This document shows, piece by piece, positions 27,711-42,345 of a DNA stretch of 64,000 nucleotides. The DNA is from the human T2T-CHM13v2.0 reference genome, Homo sapiens, in assembly GCF_009914755.1 (NCBI RefSeq), contig NC_060930.1, one strand, 5' to 3'. The position numbers and the translations under genes are program-made. Numbering within the stretch: position 1 is the stretch's first letter; every line of letters begins with the position of its first letter. The notes below the pieces were generated by a model, which saw nothing but the letters and a program-made list of their open reading frames with translations, made no database searches and was not told the origin of the DNA.

Positions 27711-29228
27711 TGCTGCTTTCAAGCTTTATTGTGAAAAATTTTGGCCCTAATCCTCATCAGCCCCAGTCTACTTTTGTGCAAGGATATAATTTACTCGTCA
27801 ACTTGGGAAGTCTGTATCTGGCTCTAATTTTCATTTGAAAGAAAACCAGTTTTTCCTCTTAATGATATGGTATATAAAACATCTGAAGTTTGTTTTGGAA
27901 AATACTAATATTGCAAGCATTTTTCAGTTAACTCAAACTCAAGTGTTTTGCTCTCTTGATTGTGTCAAAAGTTGGACTTGGACAGTGGTTTCTGGAGATA
28001 CGGGAACATGATAACTAGCATTTTCCACATTGTTTTACTCTATCTCCATACCAAATCAATAGAAATCTACATGTCTGGATGAGTAGAATGGAAAGAATGT
28101 GACTTTAGACCATGAAGATCCAGATTCATGTCTTAGCTTTACATGACCAAGATCCTCAATCTCTCACAGTTCCCCTAGGAAACTTCTAGAAGAACAGTAA
28201 TATGTACCTCCCAACATTGTTAGGGAAAAAATTTGTAAAGCCCTAATACGGCATCAACATATAATAGTGGGAGTTATTGTCACTTTATTGGCTCACTATA
28301 GAAAGACCTTTCAAAAACTTTAACAATTTGCCTTCAGCTTTTATTCAGAATTCATACCCTCCCCAACACCCACAAGCTGTATTTATGTATCTTCATCCTT
28401 TGTACTATTATTAATTACCTAATCCTCTTTACAGAAATATCCTTACACTATACTCCCTCTTAGAATTTTGTCCTAGAAGAATAAAGACGTTTCTAAATTG
28501 CTCGTTTTCTTTTTATGTTGATAAAAGCATGTGAACTCATCCTGTTCTCCCTCATCTTCTTTCTTTTTTCCTTTGACTATCAGTAAAAATAGAGCTAAAT
28601 TTAATGCTCAGTTGCATAAAACTAGATTAAACTACCTACTTATTACCTCCTTAATTATTTAAAAACATTATTGTATTCTTTCATTGGTTATGTTGTATGT
28701 GTGACTTCAAGTAAGCTTACATTATTCTTGGGAGTAGGCATCAGTGTATAAATAATAAATGCAATAAAGGCCTACACTATTTTAGCAACCCTCAGATGAA
28801 GAATGACTGAGCCAAGAGTGTGAGGGTGGTAGGTCTTGTATTTGATAGTTGTTGGACAAAGTGCTCCGGCTCCCTACAGATCACCCTTCAGGCACCAGTT
28901 CTACATTGGCTGCCTCCTATTCTCCCCTCTGGTCAGGCTTTGTGAGAGGCACCCTGTCTTTTAGACTCCATAGTCCATGTAGCCCATTGCCTGCCAGCTA
29001 TGAAGGAAAACCACAAGGTAAAAACTTCTTCAACTTGAGTCAAAGTGTTCACAGCTAAGGGCAACATCAGACTCAGGGAAGGCTATATCTACTGCTAGAC
29101 ATGCAGTAGACACTGGGAGAATTTATATCTTTCTTAATGATTTGGACTGTCATTAACCTACTCTCTGAGGAAGACTTGACCCCCCTTTGTGTCTTGGTTT
29201 TTATGACACCTACACTTGTTTACCCACC

Positions 29229-29634
29229 ATCTTTGTCCATTTGCGTTCTTGTAGCAAAATACCACAGACTGGGTAATTGGAAAGAACAGATACTTTTTTA
29301 AAAAAATAGTTATGGAGGCTAAGAAGTCCAAGATCATGGCTCTGGCAGGATTGCTGTCTAGTGAGGGCTGCTGTTTGCCTCCAAGATGGCACCTCACTGT
29401 CATGTACTCCAAAGGGGAGGAGTGCTGTGTTCTCATATCAGGGAAGGGACTAAAGGAGGGAAAAGGGCAAATTTCCTCTGTCAAGCCCTTTTAAAAGAGA
29501 ACCAAATTCCATGAAGGAGGGCAGAGCCCTCATGACTCAGGGACCTCCTAAAGGTCTCAACTCTTAATACTGTTGCATTGAAGATCAAGTTACAACATGA
29601 ATTTTGGATGGGGAAAAACACTTAACCCACAACA
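29229..29634 (-). mobile_element. MaLR LTR (MSTD/MLT1A-like)
   Basis: caaaataccacagactgggtaatt...gaagtccaagatca...aacccacaaca; TSD ccacc. Confidence 0.82.
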
Positions 29635-30739
29635 CCACCTGCATCTCCAACTAGAACAAGACCTGCTTAAGGTTAGAAGCTGTGTCTTACTCTTCTCAGA
29701 ATCTTCAGCGTACCCTACAAACCTAGTACATGGTTTACACAGTATGTTAAAGGAATAAACATATCCTCAGCATAGCAAGTTGAAATGCTTAATCATTTGC
29801 CACCAATAATAAAGTGTAAATAGAAATTATTCATTACAATGGTATTTTGTTCTCATTTCCAGAAATCAGATTCATGCCTTTTGTAAAGAATGTGTAGTCT
29901 CAGGATAATAGAGTCCTGCACTTAAAGGGAGATAATGCCTAGAAGAATCAAGTTAACTTTGCAGATGTTTTGATATATCTGGAAATATCTCTAATAGGAA
30001 AATGAAAGCCAGGAAGCTTTTCTGGAACAGTAGGTTTTATGTTGCTACTTAAAATATTCTGTGCCATTGTTCAACTATATGCCATCCCAGCAATCTTTGA
30101 GTTTTAAATATTTGGCCCCTAGAGAACCACTTGGGTCAGTTGCTGTCTGGTCACCATCCCATTCTAAGACTGCCCTTCGGGTTACATACACTGATGCTGC
30201 CAAGCACTGATGAACTATTCTTATATAAAAATAGAAAGTACATTCTAGAGGTGAAACATATATACATATCTTTTTAAAGTAATGTTTAAGAAAACTATCT
30301 TATATTTCCAAATTCCAGAGGCTGTTTCTTGACAATTTCTGAGATAAATAAACCACACATTCTTTTAAGTCAGAAGCAGCAAGTTTGAATTAGTCAATGG
30401 AATCTTCACCTACATTATTTATCTACATCTTATCATTATATATGTCAGTTAAAGGAAGGAATTGGTATGACTATTTTACTAGAAAAGTGATGTCTTCCAA
30501 AACTGATGAGGAAACCTGAGTGAAAGCTCAATGGAATTAATTTCTTTATTGGTGTTTTCCTGTTTTAGGAAAGGTTCTTAACATGTTAGTAATTTCAAAT
30601 AACTCTCCATAGCTGTTTCATTTTTCTAAATTATAAAATACATTCTCTCAGCTCCAAATACTTCCTGGCCTCTGACTATTGATAATTGGAGTTTGAAGGT
30701 TCAAACAAGATCAGAATAGCTTACATTGGAGAAAGTGAC

Positions 30740-31999
30740 TATCACAGTTAATTTTATGTGTCAGCTTAGCTAGGCCACACCACCTAGATATTTAGTCAAA
30801 CATTATTTTAGATGTTTCTGTGAAGGTTTTTTTTAGATGAGATCAACATTTATATCAGCAGATTTTGAGTAAAGCAGATTACTCTCCATAATGTGGGTGG
30901 GCCTCATCCAATCAGTTGAAGGCCTTAAGAGAAAAAGATGAACTTGTGGAAGAGGGATTTCTGCCAGCAGACTGTCTTCAGACTTGAACTGCAATACCAG
31001 CTCTTCATTGGCTCTTCAGCCCACCAGCCCACCCTGCAGATTTTGAACTTGTCAAGACTCCACAATCATGTAAGCCAATTTATTACAATAAATCTCTCTC
31101 TGTCTCTCTGTATCTCTCTCATTTCTTATATATTATATATAATTTATATAATATACAATGTTATATAGTATATATAATAGAATTAATATATAATTAATAT
31201 ATAAGATTAATTATATCTAATTTATACATTTATACATTGTATATGTAATTATATAAAAAGAATTTTATATATATTTTTAAAAATATAAATATTACACCAA
31301 ATCTTTTTCATTATATACATAATATATGCATTAATTATATAATTATATTACATATATTTATATAAATTATATATTAATTGTATATATTAATTATATCTAA
31401 ATCACGTATTTATATATAAATTTTTTATTCATATATAAATTAATATTTTATTTATATATAAATTAATATTTATTTATATATAAATTAATATTTTATTTAT
31501 ATGTTTATATAAATATAAATATCTATGGATAGTATATTAAATATAACAATATTGTTATAATTATTTAAAATATAATAATTAGACAAATATATAAGTATAT
31601 AAATATATAATTTTATATATTAATTATCTTCAAAATTATATGATATAGTGTGTATAAAATGAAAAATTTATTGTAATGTTAATTTATTATTATTTATTTA
31701 TATATTGAAATATATAATATATTTTGTAAATGTAATATGTAAACCTTCCATATATTTATTTATATGTATTTTAAAATATATATCATATATTACATATTTT
31801 ATATATGAGACATATTATGTTCATATGTTATATTTTTATATATGACATGTATCATATAAATATATAATATAAAAATATGTAATGTACATACACACATACA
31901 TATACTATATATAAATATGTAATATACATGTACACACACATACACACACATGTATATATTCTATTGATTCTGTTTATTTGGAGAAACTTGACTAATACA
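30740..31999 (+). mobile_element. MLT2 (B/C/D-like) ERVL LTR inflated by an internal AT-rich expansion
   Basis: ...gttaattttatgtgtcagctt...ggagaaacttgactaataca; perfect TSD gtgac (30735-30739 / 32000-32004). Confidence 0.85.
31125..31958. repeat. AT-rich low-complexity / degenerate (TA)n tract
   Basis: About 830 bp of almost only A/T, including three tandem 22-23 bp units at 31431-31498. Confidence 0.95.
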
Positions 32000-32182
32000 G
32001 TGACCTTTTATCCTATTTGGTCAGTGGAATCTGAATGGCCTCAAAAAGTGATGTCAGGTAGACTCTTCATTTTATTAGTCTGCTTTAGTAATCTGTTACA
32101 ATATATTACAATCTTCCAATTATAATTATATTATGTAACTACAATATATTAAACATTAAGAGAAGAAGCCTGTTAAAACTAG

Positions 32183-32587
32183 TGTTGGTTTGTTGCTAAA
32201 ACAAAATACCACAGGCTGGGAAATTTATAAACAACAGACATTTATTTCTCACAGTCTGGAGGCTGAGAAGTCCAAGATCAAGGTGCTGACACATTTGGTG
32301 CCTAGTGATAGCTGCTCCCTGCTTTAAGTAGGCACTACTTGCTAAATCCTCACACGGAGGAAGGAGTGAAAAGGGAACAGAGAATGCTGTCTTCACATGA
32401 CAGAAGAGAGGGAAAGGCAAAAAGGTGCTAGAGCACTCCCAACTTCTTTTATAAGAGCATTAATTCGTTCAAGAGGATAGAGCCCTTGTGGCCTAATCAA
32501 CACCCAAATTCCCCTTTTCTTAATCACTTTGGGCTTTAAGTTCCAACATAAGAATTTTGGAGGGACACCTACGTTTGAACCACAACA
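32183..32587 (-). mobile_element. MaLR LTR (MSTD/MLT1A-like)
   Basis: aaataccacaggctggg...ctggaggctgagaagtccaagatcaagg...tttgaaccacaaca. Confidence 0.82.
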
Positions 32588-35049
32588 CTAGGAATAATTT
32601 TTAATTTATATATTTCAAAAATTTGGCATCTTTGTTATGGAGCAGGCAATTGCCTGTATACTGGCCAATATACTTTTTTTTTAGTTTAACAAGTGTGTAT
32701 TAACTGCATGCTTTTCTGCGCACTGCAATTCAAGCTATGATTTTGGGTTGAAAAGCTCTCGTGGTTTGGGTTGTGACTATTAGCACCTCACTGTAATACA
32801 GACACAGAAGTGATCCCCTGATCTAGCCATTGTTCTACCAGGAACTTGTTTCCCAGGATTTTTGCTGACAAACTTGCATTTCAGTTGCCTGTTTACTCCT
32901 GGAAGTGCAGATATGGACAACTGGAAGTGCTGGAAATGCTGGTCCTGGACAATTGGCTTGATGTCAGGTAGCTTCAGTTCTAGGCTTGACTGAGACAACA
33001 CAGGTGCTTTTAACTTCCCCACCCCTCGCTGCAGGATATAGCAAAATCAGCAGAAGCAGAGCCAGGCAAAGACAACTTTTTATTTTTTCTCCCCTCTTTC
33101 TTACCCGTCCCCATCATGTTTTAAATGAATTCTCTGTTCCAAAGCACATGAGCTCCTTCCCAGAGGCTGATAGTCTCTCAGTTCCTCTGGTCAGTGCAGG
33201 CCTTTCCCATGGGTCTCAGCCAGGTGTTTCTTCCTCATGCACCATGTACCCATTGTCCACTGAAGTGGGTCTAGGGGAATGGACAGGCAGGGTATGTGGA
33301 AGGTCTAGACAATGGAACAAACCAATGGAGCTGCATTGCAGCTCTGTGCGTTTGCAGCTCTGTGAATAGGTTATTATGGGTTCTTTTTATATCTAAGCAG
33401 CTGACTGCCTGTTGTCAGAATCAAAGATAAATGTAATTATCAAAACCCATATATGCCAAACACCCTCCATAGGAAGCAGTGGTGTGCACTGATCATATTT
33501 TTGATCCAGAAACCAGTCTTTAATTAGAGAAGCTCAGGTAGAGGGAAATAACACTTCAATATGATCAGGTCTATCCAGTGAAGAAGGAGTGGGTGAGAAA
33601 GCCCACCCTGAAGGAATCAAATCCTCTCTCTGGGCAGCTCTCCAACCTCTAGCTCTACGGACCTCACTTTTTGAGTGGGAAAAGCCCATAGTATGGCCCA
33701 ATTAAGTCAAAAGATGGTATCAAATTGTGTTAAAAAATAAAACTCCTTTTAATTTCATAAGGAAGTGATTCCAAATCACACTTCTAGAATGAATAGGAAT
33801 TAGAGGGAATGTTATGGAATCAACTCATATGAGAAAGATTCAGCCTCAAAGATTCTGAGAATATCTGCCTTAACCAGTTGAGAAAGAAGGTAGACTGTTT
33901 CCTTTTTTAGTCTTTGCTCTTTCACAACCATGGCAGTAGGGGAATTGTTTAACTTGTGAAATGCCTTTTATACAATCTGCTTGGGAAGGCATTTTGTTTA
34001 TAATGTGATAACTGTGCCAGCTTTCAGAATTCCTTTCTTTTGTTTTTAAGGTCTAACATGAAACACTGAATGTTCCCTGTCTTCACAGCCTGTTCTCCCT
34101 CCTCCCGCTGCCCCTGCCTGCTTTTTCCCTGCCTCCAATCCCATAGTCAGCTATCAGAACAACAGATTACAAGTAAACATCTATTTATTGAGCACTCATG
34201 GAATAAAGGGTTTTTTTTCTAAGTTGTGTACAGAGATGAATTTGTCAACATTTTATTAAAAGTATCTGAGGGAAAGAAAGTTTCGAACGATACTAGGGAT
34301 TTTTAGCAATAAGCTTGAGAGCTTGGGGTCATATAGCACAATGACAGGTTCCAGAAACAGAGACCTGCTTTTTAATTTAGTTAGCTGCCTAAATATCATT
34401 CTGTTTCTTAATTTGTTTTCTTTGCCAGCTGTGTCAGCTAATTAACTTCCATTAAGATACATTATGAGCAAAGTTTTGTTTTTGTTTTCACTGCAGAGAC
34501 TATGTTAACTCACAGTTACTTGAATTTAAAGTAACTAAGTCCATTAAGATGTATGTTAATAGTTTGGTTACTGGGAAAACATTTTGTGATTTTAAGCAAT
34601 TTGTGTTGGTAGAAGGGCAAGATGATCTTTTCCCTTCTAATAGCATAATAACATATTCTTCAAATATGTAGAAAATATTGTGAAAAAGTGTTTTCTAAAG
34701 ATGCTTATCTATTTTGGCTACCAAAAGAGAAATGTTTTCTGTATTTGATTTGCCTGTGTAGAAGACATCTGCAAGATATTTATTTATTTATTTTTACTTG
34801 CTCTGCACTTTTTTCTTCTGGAGAAGCAACCCATTTCCTACTTCAAGGTCAACTAAATTCAGGGTCAGTCAACAAGGTCAGTCAAGTGCTCATTATTCCT
34901 CTCCAAACTGTGATCAAGGATGGGCAGGTAGCTCAAATCAGGTTGTAATTCTAATTGCCAGGATGAGCGGTGTTTGCTTTCACTGTAATCTGCAGCTGTA
35001 AGAATAATGGAGCTCAGAGGCACTGTTTTGCCAAGACTTGGAAAATCTA

Positions 35050-35432
35050 TGTATTAGTCCGTTTTCACACTGCCATAGCAAACTGCCCGAGACTGGGTAA
35101 TTTATAAAGGAAAGAGGTTTAACTGACTCCAGTTCAGCATGGCTTGGGAGGCCTCAGGAAACTTACAATAATGGTGGAAGTCAAAGGGGAAGCAAGGCAC
35201 CTTCTTCACAAGGCAGCAGGAAGGAGAAATGCTGAGCGAAGGGGGACGAGCACCTTATAAAACCATCAGATGTCATGAGAACTCACTATTACAAGAACAG
35301 CATGGGGGAACCTACACCAGTGGTTCAACTACCTCCACCTGGTCTCTCTCTTGACACATGGGGATTATGGGGATTATGGGGATTAAAATTCAAGATGAGA
35401 TTTGGATGGGGACCCAAAACCTAACAATATCA
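35050..35432 (-). mobile_element. THE1D-like solo LTR
   Basis: tgtattagtccgttttcacactgc...caagatgagatttgga...ctaacaatatca. Confidence 0.9.
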
Positions 35433-36708
35433 ACTTATGAATGAAGAGCACATCAAGGCAAGCAGATCCAGAGGTGAAGAAGAGAGCCTGATGACATTGC
35501 ATGGTCTCCTCAATGTATTTGTACCTGACCCATGACAGACTGCCCACTTACTTAAGATGATAAATTTCCTCCTTTCTGTCTGTTTGCTTAGGGTAATTTG
35601 AGATATATTTCTAGCCTAACTTTGAGAAACTTCTAATATGCCCATTAATCTTTAATTAAAATGTAGTATCATATAGTCATATTTTGCCTAATACATAATA
35701 TGATTTCCAAAACCTTGTCTAGATGGGAAGCTTACCAGACTTCCAATAGCAAAACTGTGATATATTTAAACTATGCCGTGGAGTACAGATCACTGTAAGA
35801 AATCTCAACAAAACTGAATATCTGTATTTGTGTCCTAGATTTTTTTTAACTCATTATTTTCAATACTGTTTATGCTTCCCAACTCAAGAGTGCCTAGGAA
35901 GAATTGAGAAGACATGAAAACATGGATTTTACTTGATCAAAAATTAATAATCCTGTTTTCAACACATACTGACTTTCAGTGTCTTGGGCATTGTTTCATC
36001 TGACTGAAAAAATGAATTTTGGACAAATGAGAAATAAATGCTAAGACCCAGTCAGAGTTCAATTATCAATTTTATATTACTTAAAAGCCTCTTCTGTCTA
36101 GATTTAGCTTAGTATATGTCACAGCCAGTGACAAGTCACTCATATGGAGAGGACTGCCAAGTCACCACGCTACTCAACTGTTGTACAAGTTTTGCTCCTA
36201 ACACCTTGCCAAGTTGTTGGTGACTGTGCAATTTATACTCCAGAGAAAATTTCGTTTGTCATTCTTACTTGGTTAACTTGCCCATGAAGTTTGTCATTAA
36301 TAACTTGAATTCTCTGGATCTAATACCATTAAAAATAGAAGCAAGAATCCCAGGATGCTAATTCTGTCCAATGAGTCACTTTTTATTTCTGCCAACGACC
36401 CCCTAGGGAATCAGTCTAAGGCTTAAATCCTATAAAAGCCATGGATGAATTTTCTAATGGGTGATGCAGATGGGTGTGGAAGCGTGTGGCTTAGGAGGAA
36501 CTTGTGAGTTGCAGAATGAATGGCAAGAGAACACTTGCTATCAACATTCCTCCCAGCCACCTTTTAACATTTTAATATACAGGAGACAGTATTATGAATA
36601 GAATATAGAGGACATTTGTTAAAGAAATGTTAGCAAATCACTTTACTTTTACTTTTTACTTTTATTAAAAATTACTTTTACATTTTACTTTTATAAAAAT
36701 GTCAGTAT

Positions 36709-36945
36709 AACCTGGTCAACATAGCAAGACCCTGTCTCTACAAAAAAATAAATAAATAAATGAAAATAGCTGGGTGTGATGACTCACGCCGGTAGTCCTA
36801 GCTACTTGGGAGGCTGAAGTGAGAGGATCTATCACTTGAACCAAGAGGTGTGAAATTACAGTGAGCTACGATCATGTCACTGCACTCCAGCATGGGTGAC
36901 AGAATGAGGCCCTGTCTTAAAAAAAAAAAAAAAAAGAAAAAGAAA
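36709..36945 (+). mobile_element. 5'-truncated AluJ
   Basis: acatagcaagaccctgtctctac...gtgagctacgatcatgtcactgcactccagc followed by an A-tail. Confidence 0.85.
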
Positions 36946-37730
36946 ATGACAATCTGCTTCCTAAGCATGTTTGTTGTGGAGATAAAATGAAGATTCAGAA
37001 TATAGGTGAAAAGTGTTTGGAAATGGAGTTTCAAGGAACATGTCCTTCCATCATGATCTGGTCCCACTTGCCTCTCCAATCTTTCTATTCATCATTATCT
37101 GCTCCCATTCTCCCAAACTCTATACTTAGTCCTAAATACTTTCTGATCTCTTGTGCTTTGGGAACCTTTACAAATACTGTTCTGACCCAGTGTTCTCCCC
37201 TTTCCCCCAAACCCCGCCAAAATCTAGCTGCTACTCTCATTGTTCAGGTTCCCATTCCTATCTTGCTTTCTTCATCTCCTCAAACTGGATTTTAGGTATT
37301 TCTTCTTATGGCACTTCATTTATTATGTTTTGATTGCCAGTCTTCTTATTTCTTCCCTTCAATAGTATGGCTTTGCACATATCATCAGACCTAGATTAAT
37401 GAGAAGGACACTCCCAGCTGTGTTCAAGTTGGATTATTAAAGGCCCATAATTTGACTGAAATGAATATGACATACAAAGTTTAATCTAGGTTTCTTCAGA
37501 GATAATATTCCACATCTTCAGTATTCCCTATCTTCAATTCCTTTCTTGTGTAATGATCGCAACATGGGTTTGACTTTTGAAAATCAGGCGTGTAACTGAG
37601 TAGATGCTGTATCAACGATGATAGTGATAGGTCTTCCAGATTAAAAGAGAACACTATTTTATGTGGTCTTAGAAATGCAAAAGTTCTATTCTATGTGTTT
37701 AAAATAGTAGCTCAGAAGATAAACATTCTA

Positions 37731-38053
<323 letters not shown>

Positions 38054-39719
38054 TTAGACAAATGGGCTGAATTTATTTGACCAGCATGTGCAGCAAGCAT
38101 ATTGTAGGGAAAAACTAAGAGCCTTCTTACTAAAAACCTTCTGTTGTAATCCCTAGGTCTTTAATGACCCCTCTGGTGGAGGCCCTGAATCTGGTGTGTA
38201 AAGGGCAGATTAAAGATTGAGAAGGGTGCAAAGCATCCCAATTTGTGTTCAACTGCTTGCTTCCATTTAATCACACTTGCAGGTTTTATGACTAGTTAAA
38301 CATCTTTTCATTTGTACTTGAAGATTAATTTTTTCTAAATCAATCTTCTGTGAGAAGATGGAGGGAAAGACTGCTTAGGTTTTTCTTTATGCTCCAACTG
38401 TACACCTTGGAGAAATATTTATGGTTCACCCCTGGTTCTTCTTATCTAAGGGAAGTAGCCTTGCTAACTCAGGAATGAACTTTAGACATCCTCAAAACCT
38501 GTCCTCTCACAGTCTGAGTGAGAAAATGGCCCGGAAAGTTCAAGAACTTCTCCAAGATGGCAGAGACAGGTTTAGCACCCAGATGTCCTGGGATCTCTCC
38601 CGAGCCCCTCACTTTGGCTTTTGATCTTTCACCACTTGATCTGGTCATGTTGTGGAACTTTATGTCCTCCAGGTCTGTCTTGGAGTTACTGGTGTGTAAT
38701 TCCTCATTAACAAGTCTTTATAATCTGCCAGTATTTATTTACAGCCTCTCAGGGGTGATAAAGACATATATGATGGATATTTGTTATTTGAGGAGGGATT
38801 TTACCTTTAAAAATAAACTAAATAATTTAGAGGTAATTTGTAAGCAATACAGGTAACTCTGTTTTCCATTTTTTCCATTAAATGCTGATAAATAGCTTTA
38901 AAACAATAAAGCCAGTGTTGGTGGTGGCTTAAAAACAACCTCTAAAGGTCCTTTCAGAAAAGGAGTTCAAATAAGTTTAAATTGATTTCTTACTTATTTT
39001 AATATGTGAAAAAAATCGTATAGTTTTATAAGCTTTGTAATGTCTTCGCAGAATTATGATTTACTACCAAGTATAATCTAAATTTCCACAGGATGGTTAG
39101 ATTTAATTGAGGTATCATCATTCTACAAAGCCAAACTTCTGAATATCAGGATGTTCTAGTTGTGTCTACAATAAGCCAAAGAATTTAGAGAATTCTGCAT
39201 TTGAATTTAGGGTTTTTCTTATGATTGGCCTAAGCATAAATATTTCATATGTTTTTCAAAAAAGAGACAATTCCAGAATATTTTTTCTTTTCAAATTTGT
39301 GTTTGGTCTAGTGGGAAGCATATATTCTAAGAAACAGAATTATAGATCTTTTCTAGGCAATAGAAAAATTATACACATTTATATGGGTTTATATTGATGT
39401 ATGTTCCTATTGGAAAAAAATTGTCTTAATTCGTTCTTACTGGCATAGCAAAACTAGATAATCTCACTTTGCCAGTTACAGTGACCTTCTTTTACTTTAT
39501 GGATCAAATAGGGGAAAAAGTTCTTGGCAGTAGCTGAACCTATTTCTGTTTCTGGAACACAGTTCCACAAAAGACCAACTTTTAAAGAAAAAATGAATAA
39601 AAACTAATAAACAATATATGTTCCTCTTCCTGATTCAACCTAGAAGCAGATGGAGAGGCCATGGAGGCAAGTCCTGTGCTTCTATAGGCCTGATTCCTGT
39701 TTCTAAAATTGGATCTAAT

Positions 39720-40145
39720 TCTATCAGTTTATGTCTCCTGGGAAACAGACACCAAAATGTAATTAGAAGAGCAAGAAATTAATCAAGAGTAATTCCAGTG
39801 AAAGATAAAGGGGAAAAGGGAGTAGGAATAGACAGGGAAAGACTCAGACTGTGATGTAAGTCTGACCCCTGTGGAAAGGAGAATAGGAAGGAAGGAGGAT
39901 TGGATATGACTAGCCTCAAAGGGCAATAAGTATAGTACTGACAAAACCTCGGCGAAGCAAGAGAGCTCTGGTGCAAACATTGACAGAGGAGGAGCTCTGC
40001 ATAAGGGACAGATGGCTAGGCCCTGGTACATCATACCCAGGCATTGGCTGGGAGCTATCCAGTCTTCTGAGGGCATTAGAGCAGGAGGCTCTCAACTGAC
40101 TGCACTACTCCAGGTGAATAGCAAGTTCTTTTTATCTGAGGGGTG
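39720..40145 (-). mobile_element. Old ERVL LTR (LTR16-like)
   Basis: gggaaagactcagactgtgatgtaagtctgacccctgtggaaaggag resembles the LTR16 family; family assignment is from memory. Confidence 0.45.
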
Positions 40146-40700
40146 CATCTTGACTTCCCATTAGTAGTGAGAGATATTCAAATTTAATATTTACACTTTT
40201 CTTGGAAGGCACCTTTAAAGATTTCTTTTGTAGTCTGCCTTATTCTTGCAAACTATGGGGATACCTTGGGCATATTAAATAGCATCAGAGTAAAGTTGGG
40301 CTCCTGAAGTCAACTCATTCACAAGAGTCATATCAGTATCCTGCATGCCATTGTTTTCTACTAAAAAGCCCCAAACTGGAAATTCTATGTTTTACGCAAG
40401 ATAATGAGGTGCATTTGTAACACAAATTCTCATTGCTAAACTGAAGGAAATATAGCAAAACTGTCAAAAGTAATGTGTACTAATCATCTTTTGAATAATT
40501 GGAGCAAAGCCAAGATTGTTACAAAACATGATTGGTTGACGTGCTACCAGGGACATTTCATGCCCTGTGCAGTTCTGTGAAATCAGTTTGGACTGTGATC
40601 TTCTAGTCCCCATTCTCTTTTTTTTTTTTTTACTAATCCAGCAATCCATCCTCAGTTGATAAAAAATTAATTTTAAATCACAGAGGTCATTTATAGCTAG

Positions 40701-41170
40701 TGTATTAGTCAGAGTTCTCCAGAGAGAGAGAGAGAAATTATGAGGAATTGGATCCCACAATTATGGAGGCTGAAAAGTCTCATAATCTGCAAGCTGGAGA
40801 CCCAGTAAAGCCAGTGGTATAATTCCAGTCCAATTCTGAAGGCCCGAGAACCAGGGGAGCGGAAGGTGTAAATTTCAGTTCAAGTGCAGGAGAAGACTGA
40901 TATCTCAGCTCAGGCAATCAGGCAGGAAGCAAAGGGGAAAAATTCCTCCTTCCTCCATTTTTTTTTTTTTTTGTTATTGTTCTATTTGGGCCTTCAACAG
41001 GTTGGATGGTGCCAACCTATACCAGTGACAACCATCTACTTTATTTATTGAGTCCACTGATTGAAATGCTAATCTCATGTGGAAATACCCCAATGGACGC
41101 AGCCAGAAATAATGTTTACTCTGAGCACACCATGGCACAGGTGAGTTGACGCATACAGTTAACCATCACA
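40701..41170 (-). mobile_element. MLT2B-like ERVL LTR
   Basis: tgtattagtcagagttctccagaga...gttgacgcatacagttaaccatcaca; TSD gctag/cctag. Confidence 0.87.
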
Positions 41171-41372
41171 CCTAGGAACACAGGAACAATCAATTCTGTT
41201 AAGGGGACTCAGGGGACCAAGAAAGGAAATATGAGATTTTGAGAAGGAAGGAGACATTTGCAAGGCTAGTGGGGAGGGGCATTTCAGGCAGAGAAAACAA
41301 CAGTAGCAAGTCCTGGTCAACACGGAAGTCCAGGACATACTACTCAGGAAATAACTATTTTTCTGATGTGAT

Positions 41373-41380
41373 AGAGAGAC

Positions 41381-41425
<45 letters not shown>

Positions 41426-41471
41426 GACACACAGAGAGAGAGACACAGAGAGAGAGAGAGACAGACAGAGA
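41373..41471. repeat. (GA)n / (GACA)n microsatellite
   Basis: Directly visible purine-rich repeat. Confidence 0.95.
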
Positions 41472-41678
41472 GTCTGTGTCTATGTGTGTTATGCGTGTGT
41501 TTATCTTGTGTGTGTTTTGTCTGGCAGGGAAGAGGGAAGAGGAAGAGTGGGTGGAATGAAATCATAGAGAGTGGCTGGAAGAGCTTTATTTTGGTTCTCA
41601 TAGGTTTTAATTAGTATCTTACAAAAGCTTTTTTGTGCTGTCTTTTGTGATGACAAGTGGAAACTTCTCCATCACAGA

Positions 41679-41875
41679 TCTACTCTGCTCAATACAGTAA
41701 CTTTTAGCCACCTGTGACTGTTTTATTTAAATTTAACTAAACTAAATTAAAAATTTCATTTCTCAGTTACACTATTCACATTTCAAGGGTTCAATGCCCA
41801 TGAATGTCTACTGGCTATTGGATGCTACAGATAGAAACATTTAGATCATCACAGAACATTTTATCAGACAGCACT
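41679..41875 (-). mobile_element. MER3-like hAT-Charlie DNA transposon (MITE)
   Basis: tagccacctgtgact...atttaaatttaactaa...ctcagttacactattcacatttcaag...cagacagcactag. Confidence 0.7.
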
Positions 41876-42129
41876 AGATGGACAATCCACAACTCAGCAT
41901 TTTGCAATCATTTCTGTCCTAAAACAGACTAAAGAACTTTGGCAAGAGAACTTAATGACAGAATATTGGGCTATACCCAGTATTCTCCCTGCACGCATAT
42001 ATGAGTACTGCTGCAAAAATAGTTCAGAGATTTTCTTTGCATCTTCTGAGAAAAATTGAACTCCTACATGCACAGAGCTGTGATAATCGCTGATTTTCAT
42101 TTTTAAACAAATTTAAAGGCTAATTGAGA

Positions 42130-42345
42130 GAGATTATTATAAGAGGAGGACTCTGGAATAATACTGCTGGGCTCATATTTGGTTCTGTCATTTACTAGGT
42201 GAGAGACCTTGGAGAAATAACTTAACTTCTTGATGCCTTGGTTACCCCACCTATAAAATGAATATAGAAACACAACATTCCCATAGAGTAATTATAGAGA
42301 TCATATTAGTAAATATATGTCAAGAATTACAATAATGTCTGGTGG
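42130..42345 (+). mobile_element. MIR
   Basis: tctgtcatttactaggtgagagaccttggagaaataacttaacttct...ctataaaatg. Confidence 0.7.

Noticed and set aside
32780-33369. 127-aa and 80-aa ORFs in a unique, moderately GC-rich block
   Set aside because: No recognisable protein features, and the longer ORF has a non-ATG start. The block might be an enhancer (two GGAAGTG motifs), but sequence alone cannot support that.
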